DNA from: Torpedo marmorata
Lineage: Eukaryota
Length of the DNA: 64,000 nucleotides
NCBI GenBank assembly: GCA_977017645.1
Contig: OZ360236.1
Coordinates: 35,092,001-35,156,000, forward strand
Direction: 5' to 3'
Part shown: positions 38,331-50,240 of the stretch, in pieces
Numbering within the stretch: the stretch's first letter is position 1
Layout of the letters: each line of letters opens with the position of its first letter
Made by a program: the position numbers and the translations under genes
The notes under the pieces: model-generated
The model's input: only the letters and a program-made list of their open reading frames with translations
What the model was told of the DNA's origin: nothing
Database searches by the model: none

Positions 38331-40719
38331 GTAAACATTGCTCGAGACAATGCTGGGTTGAAAATTTGGGAAAACAAAAATTGTTAGGTTAAGGCTCACC
38401 TCCCTTTCCTCAGGCTAAAAATTGCCATACGTCTTATTGCTGTTTCTGGGATGTTCTCAGGTTTGCCAGCTTTCTGCATGAAAAATTGCGGCCCGAGCAG
38501 TGGAAACCATTATACACGGGCATATTTTACATATAATTCTGGTTTTCTCGAGATTTATACCAACATCATTAGCACAAATAAGCGAAAAGAGTCCTGGTTC
38601 CAATGGTTGGACTTTACGGTCTAATAACGTTGAGGTGTAAGCTTGAAGGGGGCGCTCTGTTGACACTCGACACTGCAGTCAGAATGAACGCCAACTCTAC
38701 CGCATTATCATGGAATCTCGTGGGGACAGCAGAGAATTCTCGAATATGCAATCCCTTCCGGATAAAACTAACAAAGAATTTGCGACAGCCTCAGTGTACG
38801 TATAGGCTATAACCACGAAAAGAAAGCCTTCTTCCCAGGAACAGTTTTGTTAATGGCCACGGACCTGAAAAGAAAACTCTTTCCATCAAGAGCCAACAAT
38901 CACGTGATGAGATTGGTTAGATAGAAGGGAAGGTCACGAATGTCCAAGGTTTGACAAATGAGGCTGTAAAAATTTTAAAAAAGCGATGCCGAAATATAAT
39001 ATTCTTATTTTAAGGGGATCTCACTATTTCTCGGTTACTTAATTTCGTTTTTGATTTGGTCCAGTGTCCAAGACCATTTATCTAGCACTCTTGTGCGTTC
39101 CGTTGGCTGATGTCACCCATCTGCGCATATGCAAAACAACAAAATGCACATTCTGTTATATTTAATGTGAAGTAATTGTACAGTGTAAAGCCTAATGAAA
39201 GAAGATCGCATCAATTCCAGGCGTGCCTCAGACAGTTGAATCGTGTCCTTCCTTGCCTTTCAAACCCTTTCATACCTACCGAAGTGGCGAGCAGTTCCGT
39301 ACACAGATTCTAAACACTCGAGAACCCCTTTTCGTCACTGGAAATATGCAGAGGCAACACGGAAATGACCCCTTCAAAGCAATGTGATTTTGAATTTATT
39401 CCCAGCGATCTCGTGTTTAAAAAAACAAAACCAATAGTTTGGTGGCGATCTCATCTATAATGGCATGAATCAGGTGGCAATTAACCAGCATCTGATAGAT
39501 TTGTTAAAATTAATAGAAACGCATTTTATTGCTTATACAAACATAAGATTAAGCGCTGCCTTCATCGATTTGTCATAATCAATCTATATACTTAAAAAAC
39601 AATGTCATGCACTTCTCTTAACAAATCATACAAGGAGAGCACAATGACTAACTCTGCTCTGCGCGTTGGGAGGGGTGGGGGTGGTGGAGGGGGGAGTGGG
39701 GACAGGTTTAGCACACCTCCAGTCCAGATTGTTTTGTTGAATTCTAGGTTGATGCAAAACGGTTCATAAAAATGTTATCCTAGTAAACCATAACCTCAAT
39801 TTTACCATCGCGGATGGGAATTATCATATCGTCCATTTCCTTATCTCTTAAATAATCCGCTTAATTTGATATTTTGTAACAAGCGCTATTGCATTTTGAC
39901 ATCTGCGAGCACTGTATTTTTATAAATCCAGAAAGAAAGAGTGAGGAAATTGATGTGATTTAATCAAAACTAGATTGAGGAGATTTTATTAAAGGAATAA
40001 GGCAACATGTAACAAATTAAAAAGCTGGATATTTGTAAGATTTTTAAAAACAAAGTATTAGTTTTAAACATCCCTGGCACGAGGTTCTGCTGGTTCTCTC
40101 CTCCAATCTAAATCCATTATTTAAAATCCTACATAGTTTTATGACATTATTTTATTATAAAATGACATTGAGGGCTCAGTTTAGTGAAGAGAGTCTATTC
40201 TACGTCTGGAACATTTTCGAGACACATGCGAACACAAAATAATTTCAACTGCTGAAACCAGAGCACTTTTGTAAAATGAATGTTATTTAATAGCAGGGAA
40301 TTAAAGAATACATTGGAGAACTCGCCTAACCTAGCGGAAGTTGTACAGGATCTGCCGGGGCTTCGTACTCAAGGCACCAGGACATGTACAGATAGATACA
40401 ATGTGATATAAATTGAAAAATAAACAGCCAGTCTTTAAAGAGAGCAAACAATTCACAAGTATAAACTCTATTTCACTCTCTCTATCTTACGTCTCCAATC
40501 AATCAGTGTATGTAATTAACTTCATCTGTGACACATGCTCTCCTATTTATTTCAGATTTTTAATGTAGTTTTAGTGCACACATAAATATTCACACTGAAA
40601 GTATCCTTTCAGTTTTATGATCAGAAAAACGTGCCCTATTTCATTAAATGCGGGTAAATTGGCGATGTTCTGTTGCTTAACAGGCTGTTGCGTCCAATTA
40701 AAATGGATTGAAGTTTGAC

Positions 40720-40803
40720 GGCCCCTCTCTTGGCATTCACCGCGTGCCTTAATTGTATGGACATTAAATCAAGGTCCGCTGTGAACACGGAGAGCAAGAG
40801 TCA
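40720..40803 (-). ncRNA. MIR124: microRNA-124 precursor hairpin (5p arm 40789-40768; mature 3p 40751-40730)
   Basis: Minus strand reads CTCTC-CGTGTTCACAGCGGACCTTGAT-TTAATGTCCATACAAT-TAAGGCACGCGGTGAATGCCAA-GAGAG; both arms are identical to vertebrate miR-124. Basal UG at -14/-13 and CNNC (CTTC) at +17. Confidence 0.99.
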
Positions 40804-40992
40804 GCATCGCCAAATAACAGAAACTGTCCCAAATAAATGTTACATGCTTTCGGTTAATAGATCCGTATCCTTATTTCGTAAAAAAACCAATCGTACTGAT
40901 GAAATAGCTGGATACAGATATAAAACACAAAAGCAACATAATGGTTCATCGATCGTGATCCTATTACGCGCCTCTCTCCTCCACCCCCGCCG

Positions 40993-41222
40993 CTGTGAAA
41001 GAAAGTTTAAAAAAAATAAACAAAAACCCCAACACTCTAAAATTCAAAGAGCCTTGTTCTCTTGCTTCCAGTGAATCTCCATTTTCCAGACCAGTCTTTC
41101 AAGATCGGTTGCAAAATCCATCTTTTCTTCCCAAATTACAGTGTGGCAGGACATTGTACATCATTATTCCACCTAAACCCATAATTACTGTGTACAACAC
41201 CACTAGGCTTTAGCAGATTTAC
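40993..41222 (-). other. Candidate 230-nt intron of the miR-124 host transcript
   Basis: Donor CCG|GTAAAT at 41222 and acceptor TTTTTTTAAACTTTCTTTCACAG| at 40993, both on the miRNA strand between the promoter candidate and the hairpin. Confidence 0.55.
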
Positions 41223-41584
41223 CGGTTCCATTGTCGGATAGCCTCTGCGTCAGAAGAAACTGTCCCTGACACATCCATTGTTACGAACTCCAAATAGGTT
41301 TGCTTTTTTTTTGGCTTCACTTGAAGAGCGCGGGGCGAAGAAGAAAAAAAAAAGCGATTGATCTCTCGGTATTCTCTGTTTTCATGGTCATCTTGTTCTA
41401 TAATACCGAAGAGAGGAAATCGCAGACGCCGGCAGTGGTTAGAGCTGCGATCAGCTGAAGAATGTTGCTCTTCCTCTCCTCCATCCCAGTGTTAAAGAGG
41501 CGAGATGGCTTCTACAATTTATCCGTTCTCTTTATCGGACTAGAGGCGTTTGGTCAAGTCCTTGCGTGCAGCTGATCTGATCCA

Positions 41585-41680
41585 GTCTAACGGATTAATC
41601 GCTCTCCATCCAGACAAGCGACACATCTGCTGATTGGGTTCAGCGCAAGAGGATTACATTGGACCCATGACGTCATTCGT
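41585..41680 (-). promoter_or_regulatory. Candidate proximal promoter of the miR-124 host transcript
   Basis: Full CRE ATGACGTCAT (41667-41676), two minus-strand CCAAT boxes (41658-41662, 41633-41637), E-box CATCTG (41624-41629) and GGATTA sites (41592, 41651), in CpG-rich context ~0.8 kb upstream of the hairpin. Confidence 0.6.
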
Positions 41681-42227
41681 GGGACAGAAGTTCTCCTCCA
41701 TTAACCAAATCCTGATCAGCAGGATGTCCTTGAAACTGAAGGAGTGAAATTCTAAACGAATGCTATATTGTAAACAGTTTCTTTCAATTGAAGTATAGCC
41801 GGATCACAAAACCCCTGTCCCACAATATAGTTCTGAACTCATGTAGACCCATTTGTAGTTCAAATTGCGAATAAGCAGTTTGCATTTTGATATAATTAAG
41901 GGCGGTTGAAGTTTTAGTATGAAACAATACCACTCTCTCTTTTGACCAAAATTTAAATCCTACATTTTGTATTTTAAATAGTCCACACTTACATGTGCAA
42001 AACACTCACTGCCCTCTCATTACTATCTCGTATATTACATGTGCATCCATGATATTGTGCATTCACAATATTTGCTATTAGTCATTTATACATATATTTT
42101 TTGATTGTAGGTTAACTTCAATGAAAATGAGTATGAATAGAAAATAATATTTCACAAATGCACATTGATAAATTAGTGCAAGGCGCCGAACGATGTAAAT
42201 TACTTGGTGGCGGCCTGGAGCGGATGG

Positions 42228-42248
42228 ATCGCTGTCCATGGTATTGAA
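42228..42248 (-). promoter_or_regulatory. Candidate REST/NRSF site (RE1)
   Basis: Minus strand TTCAATACCATGGACAGCGAT versus consensus TTCAGCACCNNGGACAGCGCC; canonical spacing, four mismatches. Confidence 0.6.
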
Positions 42249-44019
42249 ACGAATCAGCACTTTTTTTTAAACCTGTGAGGGTGACCTCATTGTTACTTAA
42301 TCCAAACACATCTCTAACAGTGCTGAATTTCTGATGGCAACGAAATCAAGCGGGACCTCTAACGTACATTTAAATACATTGGTTGCAGAGAGTTGTTTCA
42401 TTTAACGCATTCATTGTATAGACAGAAATCGGAAACATGCAATATTTGGGCTAAGATATAGAGTACAACCTTTATCTAAGTAACAAAATGTGTACATAAA
42501 CGGCTATTAAGCCGAGTTGAATCAAAAAACTATGACCTGTTTATATAGCGTTTAACTGTTTCGTTTTAAATGAACAGAGTTATGCTTCAAGTCATCGATA
42601 AATTACAGTACAAAACGCTAAATGTAATTCTATGTTATTTCACCACTTTGTTACGAGTCTGGAATAACACTTACTAATATTTTCTAGGATTACACTTGTA
42701 GAAATTGTGGTTGACAGATTGAGAACCGAAAGCTTAAACAACCATTTGATATATTAATCAGTGCACGGTGATGGTAAAATATCTAATTTGTTTTTAGACC
42801 TACATTTAATTATCCAAGATTATTTCAAAAACATAATTATGTGTTTAAATCCATCAGTTCCCCTGTGCAATAATTTCTATGCAATTTGGCTTTTTTGCAA
42901 ATATGTTTGAAATTAAAGTACAGTCAATTAAGAATTGCAATTACCTTGATTTGGCTCGAAAATTCGGGACTAAATATTAGTACAAACATTGTTTTTGTAC
43001 AGAATGATACGGTAAATAAACAGGCCTGGTCACATACTTTACAATCATTTTATATAAGCGCCAAAAGGTTCCTCGCTGAAGTTTTTACTTAATCAGTTAT
43101 TTTTTTTGTGGACAGATTTGTGATGTCATTTAAATGCATGCAATAAGAATGCATATTTAATGCATATATATAGTTCGATTACTACAACACGCGATAGTGC
43201 AAGCAAAATCGATTGATATACCGGAAGAAAATGTAAACGACTGCGACTCGCCATTTTCTCCCTTTCTCTTTCTACCACCCACTGTTAGAAATCAGACAAA
43301 GAACCAAGATATGTCGAGCATTTCTGATCACTATATCTGATGCTTTCTTCAAACAAAAAAATATTTCCAAATACCTGTATTCGACATTAAGACTTATATG
43401 ATTCCGAGATCCAAATAACATCTAGTATTTGCGCGGCTAAGTGCGTTCGGGGCACAGCCTAGTTACATGCACTGGTTGAAATTCAACCTATCTGATAGAC
43501 AGTGAACTAAAAAGAAGGCGCGCTTCCCTCTCACTAACGCACACTATATTAACTGGGGAACTGTAGCCTTCCTATGCAGAATCACGACCGTTTCAAGTTT
43601 TGCGACTGTTCTAGCATGTTAAGCAAAACGGCAGGACAGAAACTCGGAATTTTAATGCACGTCGAGTAATCGGAGGCCCACGTGCGGCACTTTTTTTTAA
43701 CCGGCCACTTCTTTTAAAATGAACATATTTCCGCAACATTTACTTAGTAAGCCCCCACATTCGACTGTTCGTCAGATCAATATAAAGTGATTTTTAATTT
43801 TGATTAATAGCGAGAACGCAAACTGATGTTTGAGAATGGGTTAGACAAGGCATCGCTACATTAAACAGCAAAGTTACTAGCCTGGAATATACTTCGAGTG
43901 TAGAGTGCGGTCACTCCGACCTTCAGACGGTGATTTTTCTTCATTTCTCATGATTCATATCTGCAAAAGAAGCTGATATTTTACTGGCAAGTTCATTCAA
44001 TTCTGGGGACAAATTGAAC

Positions 44020-44210
44020 GTTACACGCCGATGTCCCGGATTGCCGGCTTCTCGGCCTCCCATCTCCATCTGAACGAGGCTGCGCCTTGTGCATTACAAT
44101 GACACACACTCTCTCTCTCTTCCCACCCCCACCCCTCCCCCTCCCTCTCCCTCTCCCTCTCCCCTCCAAGCCCCCCTCCCCTTCCTCTCGCTCTCTCCCT
44201 GGCCTAGGCA
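44020..44210 (-). promoter_or_regulatory. Candidate distal promoter/enhancer with a polypurine G-tract
   Basis: ~95-bp pyrimidine (plus) / G-rich (minus) tract beside SOX-like ACAATG, a CATCTG E-box and a CpG-dense segment. Confidence 0.4.
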
Positions 44211-46145
44211 GCAAATAAACACCATCAGGGGGTCAAAAACCTTTTTGCACGCCTCCATAGACATTCTTCAATAGCGTGCATACAAGCATTGCTTATTGTT
44301 GGGGTAGTTATGTAAGTATCTGCAGTGGGAACGTTGACAAATTATAATCAGGATTTTATTATAAATAAAATTTAGAACCATTCCCTTTATATTTTCACAT
44401 AAACCTATCAATTTTAAATGGAAAAGCAACTTAGTGAACATTTATTTTATTGTCATGGAGTATATTTTGTGTTCAATTATTGAATTATCAATGGAAGTAA
44501 AGCTGTTTGCAAAAAATAAAAAATAAAGGACACACCTTACAGCAGAATAGTCCCATTAATGAAGTCGGAAAACGATTTAGATGCTTTACAATACAATCGT
44601 TTTTTTTTATTAGTGCTAAATTGAATGACCATTCAATCACGCTTCTTAGCTTCAATGGACGTAACATTTGGGCATATACGAAAGTTATGACACAAGATAT
44701 TGAATTATATCACGGAATAGTTAACATAAAATAGATCGTCAGTTTTCTGCATACATAAATGACCTTAATAGATACATAACGTTTATCCTCGGTGTTGCTT
44801 GCTGTGTAATTTTAAGAGTTTTAAGAAAAAAAGATTCAACTTGTTATTTTGATGCATTTTAAACAAGTCTTTTACTGAGAGGTTCGGCATATGTCCGCAA
44901 ACCCTATTGTTTTATCTTCGGTGTGCTGTTGCATTAAAACACAACACCTGCTGCCCACTCGGACCGTACAATGAACTTTAAACCAAACCTTGTCTAATTA
45001 AGCAAAGAAAGACAAGAAGGTCAAGAAAAAAAGATTCCAACGGCATGAAAAGCAAAAGTTAATTTAACGTGTTAAATTTGTTATAGATTGTTTTCTGATA
45101 TCAAAGCTCATAATATTGGAAACTTAGTTTATAATTTATTTTTAAGCAATGGCTTCGATATTATTTTGTCTTCCCGTATCTGCCCTATATATTTGATACA
45201 TTAATTTCAAATGCACTTACTTTCGAAATGTTTTGTTTTAAAATATGCAGGTCAGCACAAAGCAATCAACGAGATACCGGCCTTTGAAGATGTGGATGAA
45301 CTTAGGTAGACAGTATGTAACAGTAGCGATAAACATATATCCCAACACAGCACCCTTTGGATTGCTAGAATTATTTCAGTTTCAATCTCAACAATACCCA
45401 AAACATTACATTAATTTCCAAAAGGTAGTTTTATTAACTCGAATTAATTTATTGCCATTTAAAAATACATATTTTCAAAAGTCTGTTCTTCTGAAGAATT
45501 AAAATACCAAACCAGGTGTGCTATCTCCGATTATGTTTGTTTACATAAGTTATAGTGGACGACAATAGCATAGAAACTAAAACCTAAGATGTTCATGCTT
45601 GTACGTCTAAAAATCGAATTTTTAAAAGAAGAGCTCAGAAAACGTCAGTTTACCTACGGGAAGCCAGACTTGCAGACAGAAATAGAATCCTATCATTAGC
45701 CTACTAAAATGATATGTCGGGAAAGGTAAACTGAAACTTCCTTTGCATGTATTACTAAGCTTACAAATGTTGCTGAAGCAATTTCAGTTCTAGAAGCAAT
45801 CAACTTTATGCTAAATTCGCAACAATAGACTGGAAGACAATTTACCACATCATGTCGATTAGTTTAATAGGTCATTCAGGCCAACCACTCTGAATGAAAT
45901 TATAAATTATTAATCTCACCTTGTTTCATAACTAATATTGTAAAATTTAGGCCTGCCTTGGTTGATTACACTATGTAATAATTTTTTCAGTGTGAAATGC
46001 ACTTTATATATGTGATCTGGCCTCAAATGAATGGACTCTTGTTCTTAGCAATTGTCTCGTCATTGTATTTGAAGAAAATACTATGTTCTTTTCCATCCCT
46101 GGGAATCGGTCAGATGCTGTGGTCACTGATTTTTTTGTTGATGCT

Positions 46146-46166
46146 GCTGCTGTCCACGGTGATCAT
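46146..46166 (-). promoter_or_regulatory. Second, weaker RE1-like site
   Basis: Plus strand GCTGCTGTCCACGGTGATCAT: intact GCTGTCC-NN-GGTG with a degenerate outer half. Confidence 0.4.
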
Positions 46167-49100
46167 GCCTACATTTCTAGCGGAATGACGGGTTCGCGAT
46201 CACAGCGGGAAACCTGTGCCTGACAAATCATTAATCGATTCAACTAAAAATGAATACAAGTTCTCCCGAATTTGCAAAGCCATATTTGACTTATAACTAA
46301 AATCAAATCAGATAGAATTATTTCACAGCAGCTCTCCTGAAAACTAGGACATCTCTCTCTATTTTCTCAAGGCCTTTTCCTGGATTTTGAGGGATTTCAT
46401 GCTTGCATGTTTTTATTATATTTCTGTTTGATTTTCATATGCTTGCCCTGATCGCACCTTAAAGAAGTAAGGCAAGAAAAAATTGTTCCGAGGGAAGAAC
46501 ATATTATCAAGCATTATCTATTTGTGAAGCGACTTCTATTGTTCTTAATCCCAATTAGTTTTTTTTTACACAAGGTATTGTTTTAACAACCAAGATGTAT
46601 GTTGCAGATTATTAACACATTTTAACCATCCGCCCGCCCAGAAGAGAGGTCTTTCGCGACACTGTCATTTGATAGATTTTACAGTTTAGCAATCAAATTA
46701 TGCTTAAATATTTTGGAGTCTGTTGTAGGGTGCCGTTTCTGAGTTTAAGATATAAATGTATAATTTTGCAAACATTTGCAGAGACCCGAGCCTGAAGTAC
46801 CATTGGTATTATCGTGGAGTATAAAAGAAGGACTTAAACAAAAGAATTCATTGTTAAGAAGGAACAATTCAAGGCCTGAAAGCCCGTCTCTTACAATAAA
46901 GAGTGCGAGCGATGATTTGAATGAATGGAAAGCCGTGAAAGGGGACCAGCTTCAGCTTGGGACAAAACAAAATGGTAATAGGGCCACATTCCTTGTGACC
47001 ATCGGTCACTACAACCCCATAACAGGCACAGGCCAAGTGCGACCACAGATACTTTTAACTTGAGTTCTGTATTATTTAGCCATATACATGGACCAAATTG
47101 GAGTTTGGATGTTGCTTTTAGGCTGATTTTGAGGCAATCACCCGACTTGAGTTCCCGCGGGAAATCTTGAAATCTTGTCAGTTTCAGGTAAGAAAGGCGC
47201 GCATTCCTCCCTCTATCTACATGGTATTGATCTACCCACCACAAAGGCCAGTCTTCAAAGATTACTTTTATGAACCTTGTCAAGATACGACTATTTCTTT
47301 ATTAGCCCATATGACTCCCAGAAATTTGAAAACTGCTAGGCACGCGGTTAAGTGGCCTTTTAATTGTATCAGAAATGGACTGCATCCGGAGGGGGGGGGG
47401 AAGATGGTCATTTTTCCATTGTCAGGAAGAGCAGTTTCAACATGCGATGTATGATTTCAATCAAAATGGCTCGGCAAGAGGATAAGTACAATAGTATCTA
47501 GTCTAGATATTTATCAAGCACCGTGGGCACAATTTGCCTTTGATAAAGCGGGTAGTCGGGTAAGAGACTAAATTCGTTCATCTTTCGTGGAAGTCTGAAA
47601 TATGAAAAAAGTGATATTGTAAAGGATTGAAAATGATCATGTTTCAGTGATAACGTGAATTTGAAGGGCGTCATATCATTACAATAAGATGAATAATTCC
47701 AAGGGTATCCTGGCGTTAATTCGGCGTAGCTTCCGATATTAATAAATTTCAATAAACGTGTTTTGCTCCCACGTATGACTCACGTACGACATGTGAATCC
47801 TCTTAGAACTTACGAGAGGGTAGCGGACACATTTTGACTTTGAAACCAACATCCTGAGTTATTTAGAAGTTCCGCAAACACTTCACGAGTAACTTTGGGC
47901 AAAGTACAATAATTCAATGATAGGAGATCCGTCTTATCTTTTGGTGTAAAATCTTTGAATGAAATTCAGTCTTCGCTTTGTTTTGACTAATTAAAACAAA
48001 CTCAACAACGATTTGCTCCAAAACCAGTCTGAAAACTTTCATGAATTTGTGCCTTTTATTGAATTTTTTAATTAATATATGCATATTCTTAATTAGCTCA
48101 TTTATTTTGCCGTTCCCTCCACTATATTAAAACACTGAGAGAATCGAATTGAGAGTCAGTTGGGGAAATTTGATGAATATTGCCCATTGGCACCAAGAAA
48201 CACTCTGCTCTCCATAAACATATTTACCTTTAGCCAACCAGAGAACGTGTGTTGATTCTTTGATTTGCAACAGGAATTTGGTGCCCATGGCCTATAAGGA
48301 AACCCATACATGAAAACATTACATTGGCAAGTGAGAAGATTTTGTGCAGCACCTGCTAAACAATCACAATCCAGCAGAGTGTTACCGTCTGTTCAAATTA
48401 AGTTGATCAACCAATGTACTTGATAATGTTTCCCTCATATTCAGTAGACAAAATAAGGAAGCAGATCAATCAAAATAAATGTGCCAACAGTAGATGAACA
48501 ATAAAGGCTTGTTGGATGTTTCAGCATGTATAGAACGTTCTTTTGCTGAACACAACGTGTAGTAGTCTCCTTTAAGGTGCCCTCAGATTCCATTTATTGT
48601 ATGATTCTGTTGCATTTTGCTGAAGTTAATGGTTGCAGAATAAAGCAAATGATTAAATCTAAAGGTGACTTAGAACAAGAAATCTATTTTTGTCATCCAG
48701 GTGAAATGGTCATAGACCTTCCAAGTGGGGGTTAATGAGCCAGTTATTATAGAGATTAAGTAATATTTCTCTTATTCAATCAGAACGCTCTTTCTAATTA
48801 TTTTTTAATTGATGCTGTTGGCCTAAACACAAGAGATACTTTTGCTTAAATGAGGAAGCTGCCTTTCGCCTGAACAATATTCACACGTTTTATAGCGTCA
48901 TGTTGCCTTTGTGCAGTGATATAGCTGAATAATATTACGCAGGATTTCGGGAGATTCAACAATGCCTTTCGTTAGCACGTCCTAACAATGACGTTTCTGT
49001 AATTAGAGAGGACATGGCCATGTGCATTGACCATGCAGAGAATAATGGCACGTTGGTGTGGTACCCCTGTGAAATGGCTGATGTCACGAAATGGTACATA

Positions 49101-50215
49101 AGTCTAAAATGAAAATGTCTACAAGTAAATAGGTTACTATCAGTAGATTAAGTGGTTTAAGAAATACTTTATTGTGATCCCTTCTGTCTATTTCCGAGGA
49201 GGATAAAATGCGAGCATGTGATTTGAATAAAATGCTATTCATACGGAATCGATATAAATAGTTCAATATTATTGGTCATATTATACAGCAGTGATATTTA
49301 ATCAATGACGTTTCAAACAGCTATTAAAAGTATTTGTTTTAAAATGGTGACACTCTTCTCTACTTTTAATGTTTTTATTAGATACTGTGTAACGGACAAT
49401 GTTCAAATCGTAAGTAAATTTACATTGAGATTAAAGAGTTTCAATTTCTCATTATAGGTTAAAAAAACACTAAAGCAAAGTGTGGCACAATTTTAGCATA
49501 GTAACCCCAATTCTACCTCACAACTCATCAGTAAAATGCGAATAGTTTGCAGTAGTAACACCGCATTTATAAATTCAAGAAAATATTAAATTACATGATA
49601 ATAAAACTTAACGAAATTAGATCAACTTAGAATTAGTACTGCAAATAAAAGCCCGCCAGGTTTTCAACGTCACGCCACAGCATGTTGAATATTTCGATTT
49701 CTGGTTGCTGCTGTGCATTAAACTGTCATGGTTTCCACACAGTCCGTGTTTCCTGCAGTGATCTTTGAACTCGTGAGTGAGGTCAGCAGTAAGAAAGGTT
49801 TAAAATTTTTCTTTGCTGTGATCGCATTCTGTATTGCCAGTTAGAATTATGCTACTTCACTGTGTAGAAACACAGATGAACGTGGCCTAATGTAGAAAGG
49901 TGAAGAAGAAAAAAAAAACCGTTTGCATCATTACAGCAGCCAAGAGGTTATCTTAATTACAAAAGGAATTAATTTAATCTCAATTTACTTGTTATGACTC
50001 TTAAAACAGTAAATTTCAAAATGATTCAATTAATTATTCATAGTATTAAGAAAATAGCAACGTATTTCTGTTATAACGATGCACATGGAGAGATGTAAGA
50101 TATTGGTGCAAGAAAGCAAGATGTTCCTTGTACTATCGATTTACAGAACGTTCTTTAAGATGTTTTTCGAACCTATACACATATAGCTCTGGCTACCATA
50201 AATTAAACGTAAAAT

Positions 50216-50240
50216 TATATATATATATATATATATATAT
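50216..50240. repeat. (TA)n microsatellite
   Basis: About 12 TA units. Confidence 0.95.

Noticed and set aside
40368-40390. RE1-like GGCACCAGGACAT
   Set aside because: One-base spacer and mismatches in both half-sites.
40715-41074. 119-aa plus-strand ORF
   Set aside because: It is antisense to the mir-124 hairpin, has a non-ATG start and shows no recognisable homology.
47295-47360. Second mir-124 hairpin
   Set aside because: Only a partial 3p match; no complementary 5p arm or stem.
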